Below, one piece after another: positions 13,177-25,525 of a stretch of DNA of 64,000 nt (position 1 is its first letter; each line of letters starts with the position of its first letter). The notes under the pieces were generated by a model. That model had not been told where the DNA came from. It did not search any database and was given only the letters and a program-made list of their open reading frames with translations. Source of the stretch: Eledone cirrhosa (taxonomy: Eukaryota). The stretch covers positions 7,068,001 through 7,132,000 of the forward strand of contig OZ024755.1 in assembly GCA_964016885.1 (NCBI GenBank), read 5' to 3'. Position numbers and translations under genes: made by a program.

Positions 13177-14031
13177 CAGGGTGCGGACGATATCTGTTCG
13201 CAAGATTACTGTCTAGGAAAAAATAACACAGTAGTTTTATTTTTTAAGATTTATTTATCAACCTTGGTCAGTTTGTCTTCATGACTTGTTCTTTCAATCT
13301 CACTCGATAAACCCGCCATTGGCTTTGATGACAGACTTGGAACCGGCTACAGGCCTTTGTTACTGTCCCCCGACTTAGGCCCCTAAAGGTACCTGTGATC
13401 CTGGCCTTCAGATCGTCTTTCGTATTGCAGCTAGATCTGTTGGTGTCTCGTTCCACTGCGCCCCACACAAAGAAGTCGAGGAGGTCGCAGTCAGGCGAGC
13501 TGGGAGGCCAGATATGTGGTCGACGAAGTTCCGACAGCCAGGCTTGGGTCTTTCAGCTGGTATGGCGTGGCGCTGAGTCTTGCTGCCACACGTACGGCCT
13601 ACCTACAGCTACCTGGTCGATCCAGGGCTTTACTACCTCGCTCGGAATGCAGATGTAGCCATCGGTGTTCAGCTTGAGGCCCTCAGGGAAGAAGTGAGGT
13701 GGCATGACGTCATCTTGACTGCTGACGACACCTAAGACCAATGTTGTCACTGGAAACTGTCTGCATGACTCTGGGCACGTCTTTGGATGAGACAGCGAGC
13801 CACCTGTTGTTCTGGGAGTTGATCTTCTGGTCTTATTTGTCCTCCCAGCGCAGATTCCAAGAAGAACTCCGTGTCTCTTCCACAAATTTGGAGGTTCAAA
13901 ATTATTCATAATCAATTATTCTGAAAATAAATAATGGAAATATAGTCACTGTTTTTATGAAGACAAGAGAGACAACGGAAGTAAAAAAAATTTGCAGTTG
14001 AAAATTGCGAACAAATATTGTCCGCACCGTG
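13177..14031 (-). mobile_element. Decayed Tc1/mariner-superfamily DNA transposon (DDxD, maT-like)
   Basis: TIRs CAGGGTGCGGACGATATCTGTTCGCAA / TTGCGAACAAATATTGTCCGCACCGTG flanked by TA. Transposase remnants WQQDSAPRH and WPPSSPDCDLLDFFVWG, with stops and deletions. Confidence 0.85.
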
Positions 14032-14281
14032 TATCTATAAATGTGTATGTGAATCTTTGAATACACTCTCTATACATATATATATTCTATTTCTAATTCT
14101 TCATTTTAATTTGTATATATCATCATATATATATATATTTGTATGTATCTATGAATGTGTGTGAATCTTTGAATACAGACTCTCTCACTCTCTCTCTATA
14201 TATATATACACATCTACACACACTTCAACAGCACTCTAATAAGTATGTATACATTTTGGGGACACCCTGTGAATGTATGTG

Positions 14282-14321
<40 letters not shown>

Positions 14322-15457
14322 GACATTGATTAAAACAGCTGTTTTTCTCTACATCAACCATCATAAACACTAATACCATTCAACTAGCAAACCGAGCTTA
14401 AAATAAAGTATATAAGATATTGTAGATGCAGCTTGGCAGAATGGTTAAGTTGTTTTCTTCGTAATCATTTGGTTCCAAGTTCAATCCCACGGCATTGCTG
14501 CATCTAGGAGATGTGTCATTTAGTATATTTTTTTCATGTCAGTCCAAATCTTGTGAGTGGAAAAGTGTAGAAGCCCATCGGATGAACTTCTTCGCCTACT
14601 TATTCCTGAGACAGTCGTGGAGGGTGAGTCATCAGACACTCGTTTCAGAGGGTCCTGTCAGAAGCAACTGACTTCATACTGATCTAGTTGGATCCCTAAG
14701 CTCGACCAGCCAAGCTCATGGACGTTAATCCATCTTAACATCAGATGAACTGTACCTGCAATTCAAAGGGCTATCTCTGATACACTGAATTCTAATAATT
14801 ACGTTAATGGTACGTATGTCAGAGGAATACCCAGCCACTTTCACTTTGATTTAATAAGCAGGCCGTTCCATTGATTGAACAAGTGGAGCATTCATGGTTG
14901 AAACCTACGGTGGTTACTTCCAAATATTTGTTTCAAAGTATCAGTTTAGGCAGAATCATTAAATCATTAGTTAACATGATTTGCAACGCAACATAGTTCT
15001 GGTTCTTTACAATCAGAGTTCAAATCATGCTGAGGTCAACTTTATCTTTCTTCCTTCTGGGGTCGATATAATCGCCCAAATTAATTTAGGAGGTGGATTG
15101 GTAGAACCGTTGGACAACCCAATAAAAGGCTCTGTAACATATTCCAGTTTTGAGTTCAAATCCCATAGACAACAACTTCACCTTTCTAAGGTTGTTAACC
15201 CTTTAGCATTTAAACCAGCCATAATTACCTCACCCCTTTCTGTTCAAACCAGCCATAACTGGCCACTCATACTTATGTTAAGGTATTGTTCTCAAAATAA
15301 ATAATATCAAATTTTCGTACATCCCTATGCTGTGATGATCTATAACATTGTATAAAAAGGTTTAACTACAAATAACAAGAACAAACAATGATCATAAAGA
15401 TTCCACCAGTCTTTATTTCAACCAAACAAGACCTCAAGCTACCACATACCTTCCTTC

Positions 15458-15628
15458 CTAGGAAGTAGAAGTGGCCTTTACTGCACTTTTAGATTCAATT
15501 TTAGCAGCAGCTCTTTTGGCCATCTTAATTTTGTGCCTCTCTTCCTTCAATTGACTTCTCTCCTCTTTAGGAATTAGCCTGTTGTGTTTTCGAGCAAACC
15601 GCAGATTCCTCAAATACTTCCTGTCAAC
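15458..15628 (-). CDS. RPL29: 60S ribosomal protein L29 (eL29), last coding exon
   Basis: TAG acceptor, then VDRKYLRNLRFARKHNRLIPKG...KATSTS*. AATAAA on the minus strand at 15412-15417. Confidence 0.93.
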   Translation of the reverse strand, partial: VDRKYLRNLRFARKHNRLIPKEERSQLKEERHKIKMAKRAAAKIESKSAVKATSTS

Positions 15629-15959
15629 CTACAATTGAGAATAAAAGTCAAAATATGACGTAAAATATAATAATAAAAAAAAAAAAGAGGCTGGCAAATA
15701 CAGTACATTGTTATTAATAATCTAGTGTTAAAAAATAGATATCGTGACAAAAAAGCCATAAAAAAAAAAAAAAAAATTGCAGAAGATATTTACGATTCCA
15801 TGAACAATTATTAGTTAGGTTCTATGGAAAATTCCGCTAATGCTGGGGGTACACTGTATTGCAGTAATTATTTTCAGAGAAAAAGAAAACCTCATATAAC
15901 TGACCAACAGGATATATTACAATATTTTAGGAACTTTATATAAATAAGAGAGTACTTAC

Positions 15960-16024
15960 ACCATTCATAGACGGGCATCGGCTTCTTTTTGGTCTGTAAA
16001 TACCATTACGGTGAGCTTTACTGT
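15960..16024 (-). CDS. RPL29: RPL29 coding exon 2
   Basis: TTCCAG acceptor and GTAAGT donor; encodes (N)SKAHRNGIYRPKRSRCPSMNG; phase joins both neighbouring exons. Confidence 0.93.
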
Positions 16025-16101
16025 CTGGAACAAGGAAAAATAGAAATAGAAAATAAATAACAGATCTTTAAATGAAAGTGTCAGTGAAAAAATGTGATAT
16101 T

Positions 16102-16240
16102 GTATGTCCCTGGGGTTAAACGGCACACCACAGTCAATGTATGACTGAAATGCTTCCTGTCCAGGGTTTAATGTCATCTCCTATAAATGATACTGGCAGA
16201 TATGTAGTCATTAGAGAGGCTACACTCCGTGGCTGGAGAT
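16102..16240 (-). ncRNA. SNORA65: H/ACA snoRNA, SNORA65/snR34-like, copy 1
   Basis: Two hairpins, ANANNA candidates in the hinge, ACA 3 nt from the end. Pocket 1 GCCAC/GCCAGT fits 28S ACUGGC-Psi-U-GUGGC; pocket 2 GA(C/T)AGGAA/GCCG fits CGGC-Psi-C-UUCCUAUC. Confidence 0.85.
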
Positions 16241-16532
16241 ATTGGGATAAATCTATGATCATTACAGCACTATATTATACAGTACCATGTGTACACATGG
16301 TGTATATATATATTCATAGGGGGCAACACAAGTCCAAAGGATTTGAGAGTCACTAGACACTTGATGCAAGAAATCCTTGCCATATACACGGGTATAATAA
16401 TGTGGCACACATTAGGTTAGAATCTTCTTCAATGTTAAAAGCATGGAGTAATAATTGAAGAAAAAGTACATATATATAATAGTAGAGTTGTAGTTTATAG
16501 CACTGAGAAAAATAAAAAATTCAATTTTAGGA

Positions 16533-16658
16533 GATTTGTCCCGAGTGGACGCCTGTCACCAAAATCAATATTATGACTGTGGCAGGGTTTTAATATCTCG
16601 AAGGAGGCTAACAGATATGCAGTAATTAGCGAGGCACACACTAACCTCACCTGGATAT
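16533..16658 (-). ncRNA. SNORA65-derived H/ACA paralogue (family B), degenerate copy with a deletion
   Basis: Homologous scaffold, ATATTA H box and ACA retained; the second hairpin is partly deleted. Confidence 0.4.
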
Positions 16659-17057
16659 ATTGATAAATCAGTGATCAATAACAAATAATACAGTAGAAAG
16701 AAATTATTATAGATTATCCACTAACAAATCTTATGTACAAAAAAAACTATACACCATTATCTTATTTTATACTGTTTTAATCCTTTAACCACTTAGCATT
16801 TAAACCGGCCAGAATTCTTTCACTGATAAAAGATAAACAAATCTTGAAACAGCACTGCATGACATTCCCAAAATGTACTGGCAACTCTGATATACTCACA
16901 AAGAAAATAAGAAAAAGTTTTTGTTACGAAAAAATATTTTTCTTTGGTAGCACGGCTACCCATGCTTCTTGTATATAAACAGATATGTATTTCTTTATAT
17001 ATACTTCTATTATGCTTAAATACTGTCTTAGTTCTACCACCAATTAATTCTGATATT

Positions 17058-17195
17058 GAATGTTCCTGGGGTTAAACGGCACACCTCAGTCAACGTATGA
17101 CTGAATGCTTCCTGTCCAGGGTTTAATGTCATCTCCTATAAATGATACTGGCAGATATGTAGTCATTAGAGAGGCTACACTCCGTGGCTGGAGAT
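17058..17195 (-). ncRNA. SNORA65: H/ACA snoRNA, SNORA65-like, copy 2
   Basis: Near-identical to copy 1, boxes and pockets retained. Confidence 0.8.
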
Positions 17196-17265
17196 ATTGG
17201 GATAAATCTATGAACATTACAACACTATATTATAAAGTACCATGTGCACTGAACATTATATATAC

Positions 17266-17342
17266 AGGGTGTCCCGCAAAAATGTATATGTACTTCAACA
17301 GAATTCTAATCAAAGTGTGCATATACTTTTTAGGGACACTAT
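17266..17342. mobile_element. Tiny Tc1/mariner-type MITE (second copy ~18449-18525)
   Basis: TA-flanked CAGGGTGTCCCGCAAAAA ... TTTTTAGGGACACT ends; a related end lies at ~14250-14268. Confidence 0.55.
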
Positions 17343-17632
17343 ATATATATTCAAGGGGGCAACAAGTCGAAAGGATTTGATGAAGTTACTAGACACTTAA
17401 TGCAAGAAATTCTTGCCATATATATGCCTACCACAAACTATCAAACCCAAGCTGGTATGGAAATTGTGGGTTAAATTATGCGGCACACATGTAGGTAAGT
17501 TAGAATCTTCAATGTTAAAAGTATGAAGTAAATAATTTGTTTAATGTCCATATTCCATGCTAGCACGGTTTATAAATGATAATAGACTTGTAGTTTTTAG
17601 CACCGAGAATACTAAAAAAAAATTAGTTTTAG

Positions 17633-17769
17633 ATTTGTCCCCTGGCAAGATGTCACCAAAATCAATATTATGACTGAGATGACCCTGACCGCAGGGTTTT
17701 AATATCTCCAAGGAGGCCAGCAGATATGCAGTCATTAGGGAGGCTACACACCAACCTCACCTGGATATA
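17633..17769 (-). ncRNA. SNORA65-derived H/ACA paralogue (family B)
   Basis: Stems TCCAGG/CTTGGA and CCCTG/CAGGG, H box ATATTA, ACA+3. Pocket 2 is CGGTCAGG / ATCTTGC. Confidence 0.55.
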
Positions 17770-18241
17770 TTGACAGAGGTCAGAGTGGGTCTACACGGAT
17801 GCCCCCCCCCCCCCCCATATATATGTTTTGCCGTCTGAAGAACTCAGGCTATCATAACTGATAGTCCTCAGTGAAATATGTACAACAGAGTTTTAAATAA
17901 CCCAGAATCAACTGAATATGGCCTCCAATCTTTTATTAATATATATATATTCTAATAAGTATGAATCAAAGTTGTAGCTGCCTTACAGCAGGTGCCCCTA
18001 TATATACTCATACATACCCTGCTAAAAACAGTTCTGGTTCTATCAATCACAAACCACACACATGTGGGGAACAATACAGCTATGTTAAACAAGCCTATTT
18101 CTTGCAAAGTGAAAAAGAAATCTATTTATTTACCACTGCTTCAACAAGTTTACAAACTACTTTAGGAGTTATGAACCTGGTGTTATACTTCTATTATGGT
18201 TAAAAACTGTCTTAGTTCTACCACCAATTAATTCTGATATT

Positions 18242-18379
18242 GAATGTTCCTGGGGTTAAACGGCACACCACAGTCAACGTATGACTGAATGCTTCCTGTC
18301 CAGAGTTTAATGTCATCTCCTATAAATGATACTGGCAGATATGTAGTCATTAGAGAGGCTACACTCCGTGGCTGGAGAT
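18242..18379 (-). ncRNA. SNORA65: H/ACA snoRNA, SNORA65-like, copy 3
   Basis: Near-identical to copy 2. Confidence 0.8.
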
Positions 18380-18748
18380 ATTGGGATAAATCTATGAACA
18401 TTACAACACTATATTATAAAGTACCATGTGCACTGAACATTATATATACAGGGTGTCCCGCAAAAATGTATATGTACTTCAACAGAATTCTAATCAAAGT
18501 GTGCATATACTTTTTAGGCACACTATATATATATATTCAAGGGGGCAACAAGTCGAAAGGATTTGATGAAGTTACTAGACACTTAATGCAAGAAATCCTT
18601 GCCATATACAGGGATAATAATGTAGGTTAAGTCAGAATCTTCTTCAATGTTAAAAGCATGGAGTAATAATTGAAGAAAAAGTACATATATATAATAGTAG
18701 AGTTGTAGTTTATAGCACTGAGAAAACTAAAAAATTCAATTTTAGGAG

Positions 18749-18893
18749 ATTTGTCCCCTGAGGGGTCCGAATGCCTGTCACCAAAATCAATATTATGACT
18801 GAGATGACGGCATGGTAGGGTTTTAATATCTCCAAGGAGGCCAGCAGATATGCAGTCATTAGGGAGGCTACACACTAACCTCACCTGGATATA
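18749..18893 (-). ncRNA. SNORA65-derived H/ACA paralogue (family B)
   Basis: Same scaffold and boxes. Pocket 2 is ACCATGCC / AGGCATTCGGACC. Confidence 0.5.
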
Positions 18894-19559
18894 TTGATAA
18901 ATCAATGATCAATAACAAATAATAAAGTAGAAATAAGTTACTATAGATTACTCACTAATAAATCTTATGTACAAAAAAACTATACACCATTAACTATCTC
19001 ACTGGATCCTCCTCAGTATTAACCCTTTAGCATTTACATCATATATGCTATTGTAAGGTAGACACTTTATTTCACACAACATCGAATCTATGAGATTTGG
19101 ATATTTATTTTGAGAACAATACCTAAACATAAGTATGAGCAGCCGGTTTGAACAGAAAGAGGTGAGAGAATTGAACCATAAAATCAATAGTAATATGATA
19201 AAACCTCTTCTTACAAGTATGCTGAGACACCTTTTCAAGCCCTTCTAGTCAATCGCAATAGCACCCCCTCCCAGTATGGTATTTTATAACTTTTTCTGAA
19301 ACTGCTGAGTTAAACAACTAGTACGTAATATCTAGGAAGTATAATTTAGAAATATACCTAGCCTGACGTCTTGTCAAGATGTTTCTTCAAAAGAGATATT
19401 TATCTAAAAAATCTTCCATCGTAATTTTATGGAAGAACTTTTGATAAATTGTGCCAAACATTAAAGTTAGGGTAACAGTTAATCATTATTATTATTTTTA
19501 ATTATTGCATGACTAAGTTATAGAATTTAATTAAAAGATAAGTTATTAGAACAAAGAGG

Positions 19560-19698
19560 TTATGTCCCTGGGGTTAAACGGCACACCACAGTCAATGTAA
19601 GACTGAAATGCTTCCTATCCAGGGTTTAATGTCATCTCCTATAAATGTTACTGGCAGATATGTAGTCATTAGAAAGGCTACACTCCGTGGCTGGAGAT
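19560..19698 (-). ncRNA. SNORA65: H/ACA snoRNA, SNORA65-like, copy 4
   Basis: Pocket variant GATAGGAA; similarity to the other copies stops at the predicted 5' end. Confidence 0.85.
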
Positions 19699-20410
19699 GT
19701 AAAATAAAATTTTTCTTTTTTACTTAGGGAGGGCCAACAGCAGTGAACTCTGCTAAAGACATTCAAGGAACAGGTGAGGATTTGAACTAATTTCACAAAG
19801 GGATGAACAGAACAAGCTCTAATGATTTCACCAGTCCACAATCCTAGATTGGGAACCTAACTCTTTAGATACCAATTTGCCAAAAACCAACCCTGGTTCT
19901 TTATTTAAATTTTCGAATTTTTATATAACAATGTTAGTTTACACTTTTAATAATGAGAAATTATAAAATTTAAGATAATCCTCAGAAATTAATTGAAGCA
20001 GAGAATTTCATTAGAAACAGTCACAAAAGGGTCAATTTATCCATTTTGAAAGGGTGAAAAGCAGATAAAATTGAATGATCCAGGGGCCATTTGCATACAT
20101 ACATTTCAATTTGGACTTTGTTGTTTCTACAGCTGGATGCTCTTTCTAACAACCACTTTACAGAGTGTAGTGGGTGCATTGTTTTGTGGTGGCAGCACTA
20201 AAGAGGTTGTCATGTCCTATACACACGCCAAAGGAATGCCTTAAATGGTTCCGTTACAGTGATTGTAGTTGTTAAAAGCAGAATCAATAACTGGAATGAT
20301 ATACAGGTCTCTGGATATAAAAACCTGAGATATAAAGATGGAATTGCTGACGGGTTACTTCTTCAAGGATAATGAAAAGAGATGACATTTGGCTCTTCAC
20401 CCGACTTTAA

Positions 20411-20621
20411 CCCTTTAGCATTTAAACCGGCTGTACCTGGCCAGAATTCTCTCACCTCTTTCTATTGAAACTGGCTGCTCATACTGATGTAAAGGCATTG
20501 TTCTCAAAATAAATAACATTAAAATCTCGTTGATTCGATACTATGTGATATAATTATGTAAGATAAAGCTTTTACCACAAAAATACAGTAGTATATGTAG
20601 AGTAATGTAAATGCTAATGGG
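20411..20621. mobile_element. piggyBac-like MITE
   Basis: TTAA-CCCTTTAGCATTT ... AAATGCTAATGGG-TTAA. Partial copies at ~15196, ~19020, ~26290-26380, ~28048 and ~59370-59580. Confidence 0.65.
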
Positions 20622-20678
20622 TTAAACTCAGCTTACAAATAAGCACAGACACATGTATGCATGGTAATGTATTTAAAA

Positions 20679-20811
20679 CAATGTATGATGCAATGTGACA
20701 TCTGGTGTGATCATGGTGAAACCCAGAAAACAAAGAAACATCACATTAATTTAGCATCCAACTTTCCCCCCAACTGTGACATAGAGGCCAGAGTGGGTCT
20801 ACAGGGATGCC
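20679..20811 (-). ncRNA. Box H/ACA snoRNA candidate (family C), target unassigned
   Basis: Hairpin 1 closed by GCATCC/GGATGC, H box AAATTA, hairpin 2 closed by GTGATG/CATCAT, ACA+3. Similarity to the 25526-25660 copy ends exactly 3 nt past ACA. Confidence 0.7.
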
Positions 20812-21649
20812 CCCCCCCTTCACACACAACACTCTTCTTTTACAGTTTTCATCCACCCAAATTTCACTGACAAGGTAATAGTATCTTACACTTGCCTGAG
20901 GCACAAGCTAGTGCCCCCCCCCCCCATAAGGTGATAAAAGCCGACCGTGACCTCTGGCGTCGCGCAGTAATACAGAATACCCGACTACAAGCCGAAGCTG
21001 AAGCATATAGACAATATATGCCCCCCCCCCCCACTGCAAAGTAGCAGTGTAGGCGCCAGGGAATAAAACCACCCACCACTCACTGTAAATGAGGTTGGTG
21101 TTAGGAAGGGCATCCAGCTGTAGAAGTCAAGCCAGAATCAGTTCCCGTATGAGTAAGGCATGGTCAGCCGACTGGACACTGCCCACAAGACAACCCGTCT
21201 AACCCATGCTAGCGTGGAAGAACGGACGTAAAACAGTGATGATTTTCATGCTGGCATAGAGATTAACTTGATCATACATTTCATATACCCACTATCCCTA
21301 CTCCATCCTCCCACTCCCACCCTTTCTCTGTAAAGTTATGTTGGTACCACAACAGCCAACTAATGAGATCGAGATTGTGTAGGTGTCACGACAAAAAAAA
21401 AACACCCCACGCTGTAATGTGGGCCGTGTAGGTAACACAGTAAAAAGTTCCCAGTCCACACTGTAAATGTGCTTGGTGTTAGGAAGAGCATCTAGCCGTA
21501 GAAAACTCGCCAGATAGTACTATACGAGCGAGACATGCTCACTCGACCAATCTTGCCTCAAGTGGGACAACTCCTGTCTAACCCATGCTAGCGTGAAAGA
21601 TAGACGTTAAACGATGATAATTAGGAGGAAAAAGAAAAAAAAAACTTAC

Positions 21650-21686
21650 TCTGGTTGTGATTCGTATGATTCTTCGACTTAGCCAT
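21650..21686 (-). CDS. RPL29: RPL29 coding exon 1
   Basis: Encodes MAKSKNHTNHNQ (the eL29 N-terminal signature) plus 1 nt, with a GTAAGT donor. A TTTCAG acceptor puts the exon start at 21705. Confidence 0.95.
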
Positions 21687-22645
21687 CTTGTGGAACTAAT
21701 TATATCTGAAATATATAAAATAAACATTTGTAAACCTAGCAAACTTATTAACACCAACATAGATACAACTGAAAATATCGTTTACAAAATAAATAATTTA
21801 AATATTAAATTAAATCAGGTGTTTACATTATATTTATTATTGTATTTTCATGGTCAACACTTTATTTCACATAATTATCTCATATATAGAATCTAGGAGA
21901 TTTTGATATTCATTTTGAGACTACTTAAGCATTGGTATGCATGACCAGTTACAACCGGTTTGAACAGAAAAAGGTGAAAGAATTCTGGCCAGTTTAAATG
22001 TGGTGACACTACTTATAAGTTGCTCTTGTGAAATAAATATTTGCCCTCGTGAGAAAATACCTATCTTAGCACACGCACACACACACACACGTGTATGTAT
22101 GTGTGCAAGATAAACTATACCACGCTTAGAACATCTTATACTGCTTTAACATAACATGGGAACATTAATTTATGTAGGAATGCTACTAACACTACACTGA
22201 TGAGAAAGAGATTATCAGTGCATTCGTTAATAAAGGGTCACTGATTACAAAGAATCTAATATAACAATCTAAGATATATATCTACAATTAAACATTGTGT
22301 ATTAGCAGTACAGATACTAAAGAAAGAAAAAAATAAAATTAAAATAATACTCCTCACCAATTTATTTAAAATATTTTAGCCAGCAGCCTCCTCTCTAAAA
22401 CCTTATTTCCCAGCCTGGCAGAGAAGCAGTTCTACTGGCTGAAAGCTTAAAGAAGGGAGAGGAGAGGGAGATACAATGGAATAGGCCTGTCTGACAGTCT
22501 GTGAGTGGGATATCAATTGCCCCCTCCAGCAACCAAATGGAATAATCTGAAGACTTAATACAAAAAGAACTATCAACAGTGTGCGTGCTTCAGACACAAG
22601 GAAGACATTGGTTGTACAGGAACAGGACAATGTGTACAAAGTAAC

Positions 22646-22811
22646 ATGGCAAGGGATGATCCACTTACACATATTCAATCTGGCACTAAAGACATTGACA
22701 AAGAGAACTTGTCCAGTTCTACCAGTGCCTTGCTTCATAATGAAACGGAATTGGTTGTTACATATATCTCAGTTACCCTTATAGGATTTATCATCATTGC
22801 AGGAACTACAG
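22646..22811 (+). CDS. Class A GPCR exon 1 (N-terminus and TM1)
   Basis: N-glycosylation sequons NLS and NET, hydrophobic TM1. The G|GTAAGC donor splices in phase to 27600 and rebuilds the TM1 'GN' motif (GTTGNILVILAV). Confidence 0.8.
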
Positions 22812-23341
22812 GTAAGCCCTCCATGATTCAATTTTTCAGAACTTGTTGCAATACAAAATGTTCAACTATTCTATTTTAGATTGCTAAACTAATTCAACAT
22901 CAACATGTCCAAGATCACTTGATTCTTATACAAAATATCTCATTAACGCTTTCATCACATTTCTGAATCACTGCCTATGATTTTGAAAATAATTTAAACA
23001 CATTGGCAGTGAATTTCATTAGAAATATACTAAGTTTTTAGATAAATATAAACATTTAAAATAAAATTTTGCACTGTAGAACCAGAGCTGGTTTCAGATT
23101 TTATAATCGTACATAAGATGCTTTATTGGTAAATTATGATCTATACATAATTTATGAACTAGTTAATTTACTAAGTCCAATTTTTTTTTTATTGATTTTC
23201 AAAAGTAATTAAAAACCATGCATTCCTAAACATATTGTAATTAGTTTGTTTTTTTTACATACAATATGTGATTTTTCTAATAGATGCTTCTTAAGTAACA
23301 GTATATTGTTGAAGGTTAATTACTAAATGAAAATGGCAATT

Positions 23342-23484
23342 GTATGTCCCTGGGGTTAAACGGCACACCACAGTCAATGTATGACTGAAATGCTTCCTGT
23401 CCAGGATTTAAGATTTAATGTCATCTATAAATGTTACTGGCAGATATGTAGTCATTAGAGAGGCTACACTCCGTGGCTGGAGAT
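23342..23484 (-). ncRNA. SNORA65: H/ACA snoRNA, SNORA65-like, copy 5 (hinge indels, possibly impaired)
   Basis: Pockets intact; a short insertion and a 3-nt deletion lie around the hinge. Confidence 0.6.
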
Positions 23485-23853
23485 ATTTACATTATAATTA
23501 CATTGTGTGTTGAATATATCAATTAGTTAAAAACACTTAAAAGTAAGCAACTTTCTATGGTTAAATCACCAACTGTAGCTTATCGTGCCACCAGCACTAC
23601 AAAGAGGCTATCAAATGAAAACTAGACTGGCAGAATCTCTTCTGAACACTTACACACAAACAATTAACATATGTGCAATTTTAAAGGAACTGATAACAGT
23701 CAGGTCTAAAATATGTACCATGTTATGTGATTTAGCATGAAAACAAAAGCCTTTTGATAAAATAAGGGTAACATATCAGTTAATCATTATTATTATTTTT
23801 AATTATTGCATGTTATAGAATTTAATTAAAAGATAAGTTATTAGAACGAAGAG

Positions 23854-23992
23854 GTATGTCCCTGGGGTTAAACGGCACACCACAGTCAATGTAAGACTGA
23901 AATGCTTCCTATCCAGGGTTTAATGTCATCTCCTATAAATGTTACTGGCAGATATGTAGTCATTAGAGAGGCTACACTCCGTGGCTGGAGAT
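23854..23992 (-). ncRNA. SNORA65: H/ACA snoRNA, SNORA65-like, copy 6
   Basis: Pocket variant GATAGGAA; boxes intact. Confidence 0.85.
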
Positions 23993-24076
23993 ATTGGGAT
24001 AAATCTTATGAACATTACAGCACTATACTATACAGTACCATGTGTACACATGGTGTGTGTATATATATATCATCAT

Positions 24077-24116
<40 letters not shown>

Positions 24117-24261
24117 GGGGCAACACAAGTCAAAGGGTTTGAGAAAGTCACTAGGCACTTGATGCAAGAAATCCTTGCCATATACAGGGATAATAATGTA
24201 GGTTAAGTCAGAATCTTCTTCAATGTTAAAAGCATGGAGTAATAATTAAAGAAAAAGCTTA

Positions 24262-24296
<35 letters not shown>

Positions 24297-24401
24297 GGAA
24301 TACTGTTGGCTTCTTGCTACAATAATTTCTATACTTTATATATATATAAGTAGACTTGTAGTTTATAGCACTGAGAAAACTAAAAAATTCAATTTTAGGA
24401 G

Positions 24402-24541
24402 ATTTGTCCCCTGAGTGAATGCCTGTCACCAAAATCAATATTATGACTGAGATGACAGTGTGGCAGGGTTTTAATATATCCAAAAACGCCAGTAGATATG
24501 CAGTCATTAGGGAGGCTACACACTAACCCCACCTGGATATA
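24402..24541 (-). ncRNA. SNORA65-derived H/ACA paralogue (family B)
   Basis: Same scaffold and boxes. Pocket 2 is CCACA / GCATTCACT. Confidence 0.5.
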
Positions 24542-24901
24542 TTGATAAATCAGAAATAATACAGTAGAAATAAATCACTATAGATTATCCAACAAATCTT
24601 ATGTACAAAAAAACTATACACCATTATCTTATTTTATATTGTTTTAATCCTTTAACCATTTAGCATTTAAACTGGCCAGAATTCTCTCACCACTTTCACT
24701 GATAAAAGATAAACAAATCATGAAACAGCACCGTATGACATACTCAAAATATATATTCAGAGGAAATTAGACAAAAAAATATTTTCTTCGGCAGCAAGGC
24801 TACTCATGTTTCTTCTATATAAACAGATATGTATTTCTTTATATATACTTCTATTATGCTTAAATACTGTCTTAGTTCTACCACCAATTAATTCTGATAT
24901 T

Positions 24902-25040
24902 GAATGTCCCTGGGGTTAAACGGCACACCACAGTCAATGTATGACTGAAATGCTTCCTGTCCAGGGTTTAATGTCATCTCCTATAAATGTTACTGGCAGA
25001 TATGTAGTCATTAGAGAGGGTACATTCCGTGGCTGGAGAT
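24902..25040 (-). ncRNA. SNORA65: H/ACA snoRNA, SNORA65-like, copy 7
   Basis: Boxes and pockets intact. Confidence 0.82.
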
Positions 25041-25525
25041 ATTGTGACAAAACCAGTTAGTATGTTAGTCTACATGTAAACATTAAGATACAAAATATTT
25101 TTAACTCATGATCACCTGAAATCACTCTTGGCTCTACAATACTTAATTTTGAAAGTTTTTAGATCCACCTAAAAATTTATAACTGTAAGAACTGAGTTTA
25201 AACCCCAGTTTAACACTTTTGTAACTATTTCTAATGAAATACAATTTTAACTAATAAAGTATTTAACGATTTGTTAAGCCCATTAATATCATTACTAAGA
25301 TAGTAACTTAAAACATGTATCATATAAATATTGGGAAATACCCTTTAAAGTATGCAGTTTGTGATTCATAGAATCACAGAACCAGAACTGTTTCTTTGGC
25401 TGGGTTAGTATAAAAAAAAGTTTAAAATTCACAATCATTTTCAAAATAACTTAATTTCCACATTTAGACATGTAGTGATGGAAAGATTAAAACATGTCTT
25501 TAATGATACACGTGTGTTTGAAGGG

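Noticed and set aside
18835-18850. Family B segment CTGCTGGC complementary to 18S GCCAGCAG
   Set aside because: One-sided 8-nt match with no uridine at the required position, and the segment can pair within its own hairpin.
16141-24162. Repeated short ORF MLPVQGLMSSPINDTGRYVVIREATLRGWRY
   Set aside because: It is the antisense reading of the snoRNA copies; indels and variable ends show no coding constraint.
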